DNA from: Macrostomum lignano
Lineage: Eukaryota
DNA length: 32,685 nucleotides
Direction of reading: 5' to 3'
Assembly (NCBI GenBank): GCA_002269645.1
Contig: NIVC01002614.1
Span: 1 to 32,685, forward strand
The first letter of the stretch is position 1. The number at the start of each line of letters is the position of its first letter. A program made the position numbers and the translations under genes. The notes under the pieces were generated by a model. That model saw only the letters and a program-made list of their open reading frames with translations, did not search any database and had not been told where the DNA came from. Shown here piece by piece: positions 1 through 32,559 of the stretch.

Positions 1-1
1 C

Positions 2-91
2 GGCGGAGGCGGCGGCCGCGGAGTTCGAAGGGACGCGGAAGCCTTTGTGGAGAATCAATTCGTGTTTAAAGAAAGGAGAGTCGTTTGGTAG
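2..91 (+). CDS. Possible 3' end of an upstream gene truncated by the window edge (GGGGGRGVRRDAEAFVENQFVFKERRVVW*)
   Basis: GC-rich open frame from the window start to TAG at 89-91; AATAAA at 212-217. No recognisable motif. Confidence 0.3.
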   Translation, partial: GGGGGRGVRRDAEAFVENQFVFKERRVVW

Positions 92-369
92 CCCGCCACC
101 CGTCTTCCGCACTTTGAAAACACCCTCCGCTAAAAGCTAAAGACAAACAACACTTCACAGCACTTGCTTCTCCCAGGCGACCTCGAGAGTGAACTTTGCC
201 CTTTTGCGAACAATAAAGATGCTCGAGCACTTTGTCTGTCACTGCCCTTTCTTTACCAGAGACCGGCTACCTACATCGGGCCGAACCCGTCTATTGACGA
301 GTCTGCCAGCCCGACAGCATCCCACGGCCATCCGGCTCCTCCGGGCGACAAGACGAGCCTCTTTCTTCC

Positions 370-491
370 CTACGGAAGATAACGCTGGACTGGCGGACCG
401 CCTTGACTGGCCCACGCCTCTGCCTGTTTGAGGGCCTTCAGGGCTAGCGGATCGGGTAACCCTTGCCTCCCCGCTGTGTCTACGGACCACC
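370..491 (-). CDS. Unknown acidic protein, exon 3 (R-WSVDTAGRQGLPDPLALKALKQAEAWASQGGPPVQRYLP*)
   Basis: Acceptor CTGCAG at 497-492; phase-1 join to exon 2 across a 58-nt GTGAGT...CAG intron (549-492); stop TAG at 372-370. Confidence 0.55.
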
Positions 492-549
492 CTGCAGCTA
501 AGTCAAGTCAAGTAAGTCAAAGTACTCCCCCTCTTAACCGACGACTCAC

Positions 550-732
550 TTTCCCTGTCGGATGAATCCACCGAGTTGCTGTCCTCGCTGCCCGAGCTGT
601 ACTCATCGAAGAAATCTTCTGGCAGCTCGCCAAGCTCCGGCTCGTACCGCCTTTGGCGACCTCGGCCATGCTGGCTAGGAAGCTGGACAGCTTCATCGAG
701 GATAGCAGGCTCGTCAGCTCAGAGACGTCCGG
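550..732 (-). CDS. Unknown acidic protein, exon 2 (PDVSELTSLLSSMKLSSFLASMAEVAK / RYEPELGELPEDFFDEYSSGSEDSNSVDSSDRE), one frameshift
   Basis: Acceptor CTCGCAG ending at 733; donor GTGAGT at 549-544. A frame switch is needed inside the exon to join exon 1 (phase 0) to exon 3 (phase 1). Confidence 0.5.
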
Positions 733-809
733 CTGCGAGTGCGGGTTGATGGCGAGTAATGACAGGTGAGAATCATTTCAGTTACCAGATTTATGATGAT
801 ATGGCTCAA

Positions 810-1215
810 AATCTCCAGATCCCGGATGCTATGGCTCTAGATCCCCAGATCCCGGATGCAATGGCTCCAAATCCCTAAATCCGGATGCTATGACTCTAGA
901 TCCCCAGATCCGGATGCTATGACTCTAGATCCCCAGATCCTGGATGCTATGACTCTAAATCCCCAGATCCCGGATGCTATGACTCTAGATCCCCAGATCC
1001 GGATGCTATGACTCTAGATTCCCAGATCCTGGATGCTATTGCTCTAAATCCCCAGATCCCGGATGCTATGACTCTAGATCCCCAGATCCCGGATGCTATG
1101 ACTCTAGATCCCAGATCCCGGATGCTGTGACTCTAAATCCCCAAGATCCGGATGCTATGACTCTAAATCCCCAATCCCGGATGCTATGGCTCTAGATCCG
1201 AGATCCCAGATTATG
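810..1215. repeat. Minisatellite, 29-30 bp unit GGATGCTATGACTCTAGATCCCCAGATCC, about 14 copies, in intron 1 of the minus-strand gene
   Basis: Tandem units read directly. Confidence 0.95.
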
Positions 1216-1409
1216 TAAATAACAGATTTTATTGCCAATTGTCTTATTTTTGAAGAAAAAAATCTGCTCTTTAAAAATAATTTTGTTTTTGAAGTTTCAT
1301 TTTAAGGGCAAAAAACTTTTGCGTCAAATTTTTCGAGGCCGAGCAGCAAATTGGGAAATTGGAGGACAAATATAAAAACTGCTGCCTTGACTAATCATTC
1401 AACGCTCAC

Positions 1410-1877
1410 CTGAAACTCGCCAGACAGCCGTTCAGCATCGATGGACTCTATGGCTTCGGCCACCAGCTCGACAGGCCGGCCACGCTGGCCTTGAACTGGT
1501 CGCTTAGCCGGAATGTCTGCAGCTCGGTGTCCAGGAACTCCGTCAGGTCGCACAGCAGCGCCACAGCGTCGCTGGAGACGAAGTCGGCACGAATTGGCGC
1601 TCTGCCTCGCTGCCGGCCAGCCGGTCCAGGCCTTCGCGAATCGCGTCGAACGGGTTGCCTTCGTCCTCTTCGCTGCTGTCCGCCTCAGATTCAGCAGCGC
1701 CGCCACTGCCAAAGCCTCTTCTGGGTCGGCATTGGAGGAGCTGCTGGCCGACTCCGCCGCCGCAGTCGCCACCGCCACTGCAACGCAGCCTCTGCCGCAG
1801 CAGCCGCCGGCGCTTCAGCCTCACCACCAGAGTTGGACCAGCCACCCGAGCTCGAACTGTCTGTGTCCGTCCGCCAT
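1410..1877 (-). CDS. Unknown acidic protein, exon 1 (Ala/Ser/Glu-rich N-terminus then DFVSSDAVALLCDLTEFLDTELQTFRLSDQF...ELVAEAIESIDAERLSGEFQ), about 5 frameshifts
   Basis: ATG at 1877-1875; GC-rich coding-like codons that alternate among the three minus frames (parts appear in ORFs 1543..1845 and 1395..1778); donor CAG|GTGAGC at 1409. Confidence 0.55.
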
Positions 1878-4309
1878 TAAGCTTGAACTGTTGTTTTTTT
1901 AGACTTGTTTGTTATCTAGCAAATAGTTAGTCTCCTATGACTGTCTGCAAGCTCTGAAGGGGAAAATTTGATAACAGTTTTGGCTTTAAAGATTTGAAAT
2001 CTATTTACAAATGACACTTCTTTTCCTGATTCACATCTTATATACTTTCACTTTTTAATAACTATAATTCTCAAGCTTTTATGTTTATTGATCTGGTATA
2101 ATATAGTTAGTTTAGCACTTTAGGAAAAAATATGTTAATTATATATAAACATACTATATTTGGCATATTAACTTACTTTTGATTATAAATATGCTTGCCA
2201 ACTTTTGCTTAAAAACAAAATTAGGCAAAAATTATTGAAGTAGGCTTTACAATTTACCTAATATAAAGATTTAAAGGTTTTGTAAATTAAACTATGATAT
2301 AATAAAACAAAAATCTATTTTTTATTACTTGATTAAGTCTTACGCATAATCAATATATAAAATATTTCATAGAACTAGATTAGATTTTTATACATATAAT
2401 TTGCAACAATTACTAAATTTTTTTAGCAAGAACAAGTCTTTTTATTGAAAACATACACCAATAAAGTTATTAAAGTATTTGGATTTTTCACATAATAATA
2501 TTATTAATAGTAATTAAGGAATATAAAAACATTTTTTAAAAATAAAAACCTACTAATAGTTTTTATTTGATAATATTTAATAATCTTTTTTTAAACCACA
2601 GCTTGCATTGAATATAATTAGGCCACAAATATAGGAGATAATAGTCTCCTTCAGGAACCAGGAAACACTAGCAGTCTTGAGCATAAAGGCATCACAGGAC
2701 TATTCATAGAAAATAAGGAACGAGGAAGTAAGAAAAAATATTACAGAATTCCAAATAAGGAAAACAACAGAAAATATCTGGCTTATAGCAGATAAGGAAG
2801 CATCTCGACGACTTGAGGAGATCAAAACAGGAAAATCGACTAAATTGATGGAAATTGAATTGCTGCGAAGAAAGGTGTGGTTTACAACTTTACAGGAATG
2901 TGTATTTCCGTGTGATAAATCTAAAAAAATATGTACAAAATGAATAAAATAACATTTGCTATTTTTAAAAATCAATATGTGTATAAAATTAGAGTCTAAA
3001 GAGTGTAGAAAATATTATCATGTCTTAGCTTTTATTTTAGTGAACCATTTAAATCAATGGAATTTCCGAGAATGCTGGCTGGAAGTTAAGTATTCTAAAT
3101 GGAGGTGCTCTGCAGCTCTAGAACTACAGAAAACATTTTATATCTTTCGTCTAAGTTTTCTTCATCATTTATATAATCTATTTTCGTTGAACAAATAGAG
3201 CATCGGGTAGGGATTTTAGTGTGACAAGATTCTTCATGGAGATTGATTTTATGTAGGCCTATCTAGTCTTCAATCGATTATAATGTCTAGTAATCTAGAT
3301 GCAGTAGAAGAGTTTTAAGTATATTAATTCTTGATCTTTTTGCACCACTAAACCACTTACTTAAGTATAATTAAAGTTCAAGAAGTCCCTATTTTGTTAT
3401 TTTTATCTTTGCCCTACTTTGGGTCCTAACTCACCCTCAGGCTCAACCTAAGTCTAAGATTTTCTTATGAATTTCAGGTTTCCAGTACTTACATTCTGTT
3501 GTCAAGATTTCTCGCGGTTTCTAGAAAATTCAAATCTAGAACTTTATAGAAAATTTGTGGTAGGGGTGCTGCTCTGCTTCTTGGCTTCTAGACAATCTGG
3601 CAACAAGATGATCCAGTGACAGTCTATCTAAACTATTCTGCTACTGATACCAAAAGTTGTAATAGGGATAATTTCTATCTTCTGAAATGATCTTACCATT
3701 ATATACTTTTATTGGTAGTGCATAAATTTATCTACATGTATATATATGTACTTTACTTCTAGCCTAAGTGGTCTTATAGTACTTGTCTACTCTTTTCTTA
3801 TAAATATCCTATTCTATTCCTCTAAAGGTTTTCTCTTAGTCGTAGGCATTCCCAGGATCAGAGGGTCACAGCTTATTTATTGGGTATTCTTACCCTGAGG
3901 TAGGTTTCTTAGACCGAGTCCAGACTATTCTACCCTATGGGCTATGGTAGGATTTCTTCCTTCTAAGGTGATTTCTTATATTCTAAATCTAGATGTCTCA
4001 TTCTCTAAGAATGGAGTCAGTTCTCCCAATCTTGGGGCTTTTAAAGCTTCCAAATAACTAAGTCAGTAATAATGCTTAAGATTTTAAATGATTCAAATTC
4101 CAATTCATAGCTACTGGACCAAGTAACAAGTTGATTCTTTTCTTGCTAGCTGCTTATATATTTATAGGCCTTTTTAGTATGGTTTTAAACAATTGAAAAA
4201 AAAATATTTATACTATTTAAAACATTTCTAATAGTATATATGTTTAAATGAATTACCATAGGGACCTACTTTCAAATACAACATTTTCTAAAAAAATGTT
4301 TCTAAAGAA

Positions 4310-5265
4310 TAACTATCTGTACACACTCATTAAAGCTGATCCCCAACAAACCAAATGTGAGTTGGCACAAGTCTTTGGGATAGACCATCAAACTATTGCC
4401 ACTCACTTGCATCAAGTGAAAAAAGTGCACAAGTTGACTTAATAAGTACCCCATGAATTGTCATACATGCGCAACCTTGGGAATCACTCGGCCATTTCTA
4501 TTGGCAACACACACATGTAAGTCGCTATTGGCTGAGAGAAGTCACGTGACTACTATTCTGTCCAATAGCGACTTACATGTGTGTGTTGCCAATAGAAACG
4601 GCCGGGTGAATCCCTAGGTTGCACCCAAGCATGTGAATTGTCTAACTGGGACTGCAAATGTAGGGCAGAGGTGGCCACTACTCTCCTGCATAATTGCCTG
4701 AAGTCAATTGTTACTGGCAATAAAAAATGGTACTTATATATGAACATCAAGCATCAATAGTTGTAGTTGGATGCTGACGTGACCCCTGAGCCACAGCCTA
4801 AAGCTGGACTCCACCTTTGCAAGGTGATGCTGTATGTTTGGTGGGACTATAAAGGTGTGATCCTCTATGAAGTGCTACTACCCAATGCATTGATTATGGC
4901 CAACCTATACTATCAACAACTGGATAGATTGGCTGCCACCATTGCATAGAAGCAACCAAATCATGGCCTAGTCCAATTCCTGCACAATAATGCCCACCCC
5001 TTCAAATCACAACCAAGGTGATTTGCCAAAAGTTACTGGACCTTGGCTGGAAACTGGTGCCTCATCCTACATATTTCCCCAACCTAGCACTTGGCAACTA
5101 CTATCTTTTCTTGGCCTTGACCAATGCCTTAAAGAGCAAAACTTTCACTGATAAGGAAGCCCTAGATAATAGGCTCAATGAAGTACTTTGTTTCTTAAAG
5201 TACTTCTATATTTCAAAAAAACTCAGTTTGGAAAAAAGTTATAGAAAACATGAGAACTTTCTTAA
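4310..5265 (+). mobile_element. Degenerate Tc1/mariner (mariner-type) transposase relic
   Basis: Motifs in order: HTH-like ELAQVFGIDHQTIATHL; *VPHELS (WVPHEL); IVTGNKKW (TGDEKW); KVMLYVWWDYKGVILYEVL; LHNNA (HDNA); HPTYFPNLALGNYYLF (HPPYSPDLAPSDY); WKKVIEN. Multiple stops and frameshifts; no TIRs found. Confidence 0.92.
4463..4634. mobile_element. Hairpin MITE-like insertion inside the mariner relic
   Basis: About 61-bp imperfect inverted arms (4471-4531 and 4562-4622); central palindrome AGTCACGTGACT; flanking 8-bp direct repeat GAATTGTC at 4455-4462 and 4635-4642. Confidence 0.85.
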
Positions 5266-7094
5266 TGATGTGGTATGGGCGTGTAACCGCGGCTAAGCTA
5301 CTGGTTTCTTATTTGCTAAGGATTATGAGTGGATTATTATCTGCTGTACTGATTTGAGATTTGGTAGAATCGCTGCCACCAGGTTCCTGCTGTTCCCTAA
5401 TTCTAGCTTTAGTTTTAAAGAACTGAGTCAGGACACCGATAAGTTAGTTAACACAAAAAGTTTTAACAAAGAAGTGAATTATGGTACAAAAGTTAGTTTG
5501 CTTTTTACATTAATTCCCTATTTCCTTATTCCCGCTATAGTGCTTGGGCAAGACTCCCAGTTATAGAATTAGAGGCAAGACTCCTCTGTGCAAGCCTAAA
5601 TTATATTTCTTTTATTTCCCCTTCTTACCACTTTCCTTGCGAAATTCAAGTTCGAGGACAGGAGAAGACACTCCGACAAACAGGTTTTTCTTTCCCAAGA
5701 GCCCAACTGCTCTGTAGTTCTAAAGGAACCCCAATTTTATCCACTTACCCCCGCGCTAATTATTTCCCCGGGTTGAAACTACTGATAGTAGGGTAAAAGC
5801 ATATTTGAACCTGCAAAATTTCCCATTCCTAAAATAATGCCCTACTACAGATGGAATATATTGTTAACAACTTTCAACTTTCTTAACAATGGAAAAAACC
5901 ACATTGTTTTTTTTGTTGATATAATGTTTATATTATACACTAAAAATTAGATTTTTGTTTGAATAAATTGCTGATAATTCTAATAGAAATTTAGTATAAA
6001 TTATAGCAACAAAGCTGATTGCTGATTCAGACTAAAACTTATATTTAATTGTTCTCTAGTCTAACAAGGCTTATTTATCCCTATAATTCTATAATAAATA
6101 TAGCTTATTTTATTATATACAGGGTGCCTATAGTCTCTTTTATTCTTTTTTCTAATGAATTTTGGATTTTTCTCTTTATCTATCTCTATTTTTTCTTTAT
6201 TTTGATTTTTGAAGACTCATATTAGCATTATATCATTATACAATCCATTTTTACTTGTGCTGTGCATTGCTGTTGATTCATTATTATAATCGTATAATTT
6301 TGTTATACAATCCCCTTTAGACTTTTTGCTAGGGATTTTATATAATAAATCAATAGCAGTAAATAGCCCAATTGGAAAAGGATTATATAACAAAACAGTG
6401 CAATAGAAAAGATCACATAACAAAAGAACACCCTTTTATCTAAATATTTAGTTCTTTTTTGGCCAAGTAAGAATCTCATTCCCTTTTTTAAGTTAGTTAT
6501 ACGAGCTAAGAGATTAAATACCATGCTATATTAGCTAATTTCAGATCATGCTAATCTTTATGATGAGTACTTTACATTTTTATTAATGCTAGACAATATC
6601 TTAGTTTCTCACATTAAATTATTTTGATATTAAATTTCAAATAAACAAACCAAAATGTGTTTGCTAAAGCATTACTAAAGTTTTACTGAAGGTAGGCCTA
6701 AAGTTTACTAATAAAGTAAAGTTTACTATAAAGTTTACATCTAAATTTTATAAAATGGCACCTGTGACAAACCTTTTTAGTTTCTACTTTTGCTAGTTCC
6801 TCTAGTCAAGGGCAGATTTAGGGTAGGGCACAGTTGTCTCCTTTCTCCAAAATACCTTGATAGAATATATTGTGCTTCCAAAAGGCTTGATTTTTGCCCT
6901 CCACATGCATATTTGTGGCCCTTGCTTAAAAGTTGGTATCCCTAATATGTTGGTGCCCCAAACTTGGACTGTTTCCTCTCTCACCAAATGAAATTATAGA
7001 TCTGCCACTGCCTCTAGTGCCAACTCTACCTAGAAAAGTGCTTTGACAACTTTTTGTACTAGGCAACCTATACCTGTTACTATATTGTATAATA

Positions 7095-7713
7095 CACAGG
7101 GCATACTGAAAGTTTTGGGATATATCAAAACCATAAATGTCTGAAGCTAAATTTCTATCACAATTTTTTTAAGTAGTTGTCGCCAGCTTGTACGCATTTC
7201 CTCATCTGGTGAAACCACTCCGTCTAGGCTCCAGCCCACTGTTCTTTTGGCACTGTTGACACCACCCACTCAAACTCGAATCTTGCTGCTCCAGGGCTCT
7301 CAAACCAAGTCCCACGCAGTTGGTTCATCACCAAAGGGAAGAGAAAGAAGTCGCAAGGTGCCAGGTCAGGGGAATAAGCGGGATGCGTCACTAACTTGAC
7401 TCTATTCTTGGCTAGAAATGCCAATGTTGCAGCAGCCGTGTGTGCACTGGCATTGTCGTGGTGCAGCAGCAGGCCACAAAGTCTGGTGCTAGTCATTAAC
7501 TATCATGGCACAAAAGTTGCAGTTTGTTATTGGAGCAAGTACAGTTTGGTAGGGGGTATTGACTTTAAAGAGTGATTGTGAAAAATTGACAAGAGTGAAA
7601 AGACTGAAAATTTATACCCAATCATCTTAAGGGTGGTAGAGTATGTACATAAAAATTTGTGCAATTGTGACTTATGAGTCAGTCATATCTCAAAACTTTC
7701 AGTACGCCTCTCG
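7095..7713 (-). mobile_element. Internally deleted (non-autonomous) mariner with 29-bp TIRs and TA flanks; retains only the C-terminal catalytic half
   Basis: TIRs 7095-7123 and 7685-7713 match at 23 of 29 positions; TA at 7093-7094 and 7714-7715. ORF 7224..7496 has HHDNA...HPAYSPDLAPCDF with exactly 34 residues between the two Asp (D34D). Confidence 0.92.
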
Positions 7714-7899
7714 TAGTACTTTTAAGACCTCCACAGTTTAAAGACTTACATATTTAAAGTATGCTTTGGTTTGCAGGTTTGTTAGTTTGAAATTTAGTAT
7801 AAAGATAATTTAATGCAAGAAACTAGGACTTTGCCCAATATTGCTATCTGAAGCTAGCTAGATCATGCACCAAGCAGCTAATATTGCCAGGGTATAGTT

Positions 7900-8400
7900 T
7901 GCTATTCTATACACTGATTCAAAAGTATTTAAGACATTCTAACAATTTACAATAGCCAATTCTTATATAGACAACTTTTACTCATAACTTTTCAATGACA
8001 AAAATACATTCAAAAGTGCCAAGAACTATTGGCATGGTATGAGTATATTAGCTAAGCCTATCTAAATTATATTGGTTTTATCCATTGGCCAAGCTTTGGT
8101 TGAAAGTAGTTCTGGTTAACAAGAATTTAATGGTTGAAAATCTATCTAAATTGAATCTCATTGCTTAAAGAATCATTTACAAAGCAATTTGGTATGCCAG
8201 GTTGGATCCTAAAATACAATTCATACTGGCTATGATAAAAATATATAAGTTATATAATCCCTATGCTAGTCAGCTCAAAAGGAGCAGTGAAAGGCAGCTA
8301 CTTAGCTAGCAGCCTCTAGCACAAGCTAGAAACATATAGACAAGAGCAGATCAAGAAACTAGAGTGCAACCTGGGTGGGAAATGGCATTTTGTAGAGACT
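7900..8400 (+). mobile_element. Degenerate hAT-like transposase C-terminal (dimerisation) region
   Basis: IILVLSIGQALVESS (8066-8110), then after a frameshift VNKNLMVENLSKLNLIA*RIIY. This matches the LSHGQAxVERGFSVNK-type motif of hAT-related transposases. Confidence 0.6.
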
Positions 8401-8440
8401 TTTTAATTTAATTCAAATTATAGTAAGTTGCAAGTGTACT

Positions 8441-8641
8441 TGTATGCGCCAGTCGCTAGAGCATGGTGGGGGTTGCTATTGTACAGCATGTACGTGCTTT
8501 TCACCCACCCCTGTCTCTATCTTTTATACCCAGTTATGTAACAATCGTTGTATCGTATTTAACCTGCGTATCGATCTAATAAACGCTAAGAGGCTTCGTC
8601 AACTCTCAGTTGTATCTCTCTGCCTTAGTTGTAACTAGGCA
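8441..8641 (+). mobile_element. Probable solo LTR, 201 bp
   Basis: TG...CA termini; AATAAA at about 8578-8583; flanks TGTACT (8435-8440) and TATACT (8642-8647) differ by one transition; richer in CpG than its surroundings. Confidence 0.5.
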
Positions 8642-10369
8642 TATACTAACAAAGCATGCTAATTCCTACATGCCTATATAACTACTAATAATTTAAATAT
8701 AAGAATTGGAGCATTATTTTAATGTTGCTATATTAGAAACATTCTGCTTCAATGAAAATATTGTCTTCAATCTTTTTCATTTCAATGCAAATCTACCTAT
8801 ACTGAATATATTTCTCATTTTCCTTATTTCTTCTTATTTTTTATGTCCAAAAATGCATAGTCACCCTATATTATAGTCAGGCCTATATACTATATATTAT
8901 AAGGAAACTTTACATTATAAGGAAAATTATTTAAACTTAAATAGTTTTTTTGCTTTACAATTCATTAAATTTTTAACAAAAAAATAAGTAACTTTAAGTT
9001 CTAAAATATATTTTGTACTAGGTATTAATTGAAATTTGGTACTACTGATTCAGCAGTTACTACTAAACTGAAAGTAGCTTGTATGCAGATATACTGAGTT
9101 GTCTATCTAGTTATTCTAGTATCTATGTTTAGACTAATATTTTGCATGAAATTTGAATACTTTATGCATAGCTAGTATATACTTTAATCAATTAATTTCA
9201 TCTTTTTAAATGTTTATTAGTTATATTATCTTATACTCTGACAATGCCATTTGTATTTCTAGAAATTAATGAGACAGCTTAAATTTCTATGATAATTGTA
9301 GCAATTTTTTATCATAAAAGTGGCACGGTGGCCATCACCCCATATGGCCAAATCATTACAATTTCTGGATTTTGAAGTCAACAACATTGGTGATAGTATA
9401 TGTATAACAACACTTAACTAATAGTTGAAATCTTGCCTGCAGTGCTAAGTTTATTTTTTTGTTTTATTAATCACTTGTCCCGAAATTCAAGTAGTTCTAC
9501 TATTAGTAGGCTAATAATGGCAATTTGTATTTTCTAGAAATTGATGCACACGAAGCGCTCAATTGCATAAGTTTTGGGTTGTTTGGCGCCAGGCTTTTGG
9601 CATAAAATATTTTATTGCTCTGCAGACAAGGCCAGCTGCAATAACGGGGCTAAATAGCCCAATTTTCTAGTGCAACCCCGAGAGCAGAGCTCATTTATTG
9701 TAGGAATGTCAGCGTGTCAAACGTTGTAAAAAAATTAAATTCTGCGTGAAAATGATCGCCCCAGTGATGTTGTTAGACTCAATTCATCGAAACTTAAAGG
9801 AAATATAACATCAAAAATAGTGCTCCACCACTTTGAATTCGTGAATTTTGTTGTGATGAATTTGTGGGATCGTTTCTTTTCTGCACTTTCTGCACTTTCT
9901 TTCTTTTCTGCAAAAACCTTTCTGCAGTTTAGAATATTTCTTTTCCTAATTGCTAAAAACTTTTATTTTTGAGACAGTATTTCATCGCATGGTGTCTCAA
10001 TGCTTTTTGCCAGCTCAATTTCATTGCTCATGTTTGCGTGCGCAGTGTGTGCTCTAACAATGCTCCCCTAGGCTCATTCCTCTGCTCATTAGTTTTGGGA
10101 GTTAATTCCTGTCGGCTTCAACCCGCCCCACCCCCTCCCGGTTTTCAATCGACACAGCAGGGCAAACCTGAGAATGCAATAAAAATTAATGACTTGTGTG
10201 AGCTCTGGCCAGCGCTGCCTGTAAACTGCGCTGTTTACAGGTTCAGTCATTTGAGATCGCATTTCTAAAGCTGTCGGATTGAGTCATCTATGAGTCTAGA
10301 TGCATCTGGGCTGTTTTGCATTTTAGAATAGATCTCTAAAATTCTATGGGATATATGCTTTGTTTAGGA

Positions 10370-11210
10370 TTTGGGATCTTATGTAATTCTCATTTTGGGA
10401 TCTTAACCCCTCAGTTTGGAATTTAAATCCCTCAGTTTAGGATCTCAATCCTTAGTTTGGGATCTCCACCCCCCAGTTTATGATCTTAATCTCTCAGTCT
10501 GGGATCTCAACCCCCCAGTTTATGATCTTAATCTCTCAGTCTGGGATCTCAATCCCTCAGTTTGGGATCTTAATCCTTCAGTTTGGGATGTCAATCCCTC
10601 AGTTTGGGATGTCAATCCCTCAGTTTGGGATGTCAATCCCTCAGTTTGGGATGTCAATCCCTCAGTTTGGGATCTCAATCCCTCAGTTTGGGATCTCAAT
10701 CCCTCAGTTTGGGAACTTAATCCCTCAGTTTGGTATCTCAATCCCTCAGTTTGGGGTCTCAATCCCTCAGTTTGGGAACTTAATCCCTCAGTTTGGGATC
10801 TCAATCCTTCAGTTTGGTATCTCAATCCCTCAGTTTGGGATCTCAATCCCTCAGTTTGGGATCTCAATCCCTCAGTTTGGGGTCTCAATCCCTCAGTTTG
10901 GGATCTTATTCCTTCACTTTTTTGGATCTCAATTCCTCAGTTTGGGATCTCAATCCCTCAGTTTGGGGTCTCAATCCCTCAGTTTGGGATCTTATTCCTT
11001 CAGTTTTGGATCTCAATTCCTCAGTTTGGGATCTCAATCCCTCAGTTTGGGGTCTCAATCCCTCAGTTTGGGATCTTATTCCTTCAGTTTGGGATCTCAA
11101 TCCCTCAGTTTGGGATCTCAATCCCTCAGTTTGGGATCTGACTCCCTCAGTTTGGGATCTGGCTCCCTCAGTTTGGGAACTAATTCCCTCGGTTTGGGAT
11201 CTCAATCCTG
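10370..11210. repeat. Minisatellite, 21-bp unit GGGATCTCAATCCCTCAGTTT, about 40 copies
   Basis: Tandem units read directly; explains ORFs 10416-11239. Confidence 0.97.
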
Positions 11211-11311
11211 AGTTCGGTGTAAGGGATCTGAAATATTAAATTTTCGAGAGCTAATTAGGCCATATACCAAAAGGTTCTCTTATCAGCTGTCAGTGTTACT
11301 TGATTTTTTCC

Positions 11312-32096
<20,785 letters not shown>

Positions 32097-32559
32097 CTGG
32101 AGAGAGAGAGAGAGGCGTGCATGAGGATGGCAGGCTGAGGCGCTTTTTCCCTCTCACGCTAATGAGGCAGATGGGAGGCTGCGCAGAGGCAGACAGATGC
32201 TCAGCTAGAAGATGAAGAAATTGCTGGTCCCGAGCAGCGTCCCGTTTTCCCATCCCATCTCAGTTCCTCCTCGGAATTTGGCGCCTCTTTGCGTCTCCCA
32301 CAGCTGCGCGTGAGTGCCGCAAAGGAATTGCCTTTAATTAGCGATGAGACCTTGAGCGCCCAGTCCTGCTCCTCTGGGTGGGCCAGTATTTCCCCTGCTC
32401 TCTCCGATCCTCTCGCGTCTGCTTGACAGCTTAAGCTGCACGGGCAGGTGACGGCATTGAGAGGGGATATTCGGACAATAATTAACCACTCAGCGATGAG
32501 ATTACCTGGGAACTGAGGATCTGCGTCTGCGGCTTAAGCTCGAATTTAGAATAGTGCTG

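Noticed and set aside
2710-2943. 77-codon open plus frame (IRNEEVRKNITEFQ...CVFPCDKSKKICTK)
   Set aside because: No start, no recognisable motif, lies in decayed TE-rich DNA; cannot be assigned.
9243-9560. About 35-bp degenerate direct repeat (ATTTGTATTT(T)CTAGAAATT) about 275 bp apart
   Set aside because: Short AT-rich local duplication with no associated structure.
10218-10241. Hairpin CCTGTAAAC-TGCGCT-GTTTACAGG as a Helitron 3' end or terminator
   Set aside because: No CTRR terminus at the expected distance, and an isolated 9-bp stem is expected by chance.
10416-11239. Five ORFs of 99-243 aa
   Set aside because: Translations of a 21-bp (in-frame multiple) minisatellite; no unique coding sequence or splice context.
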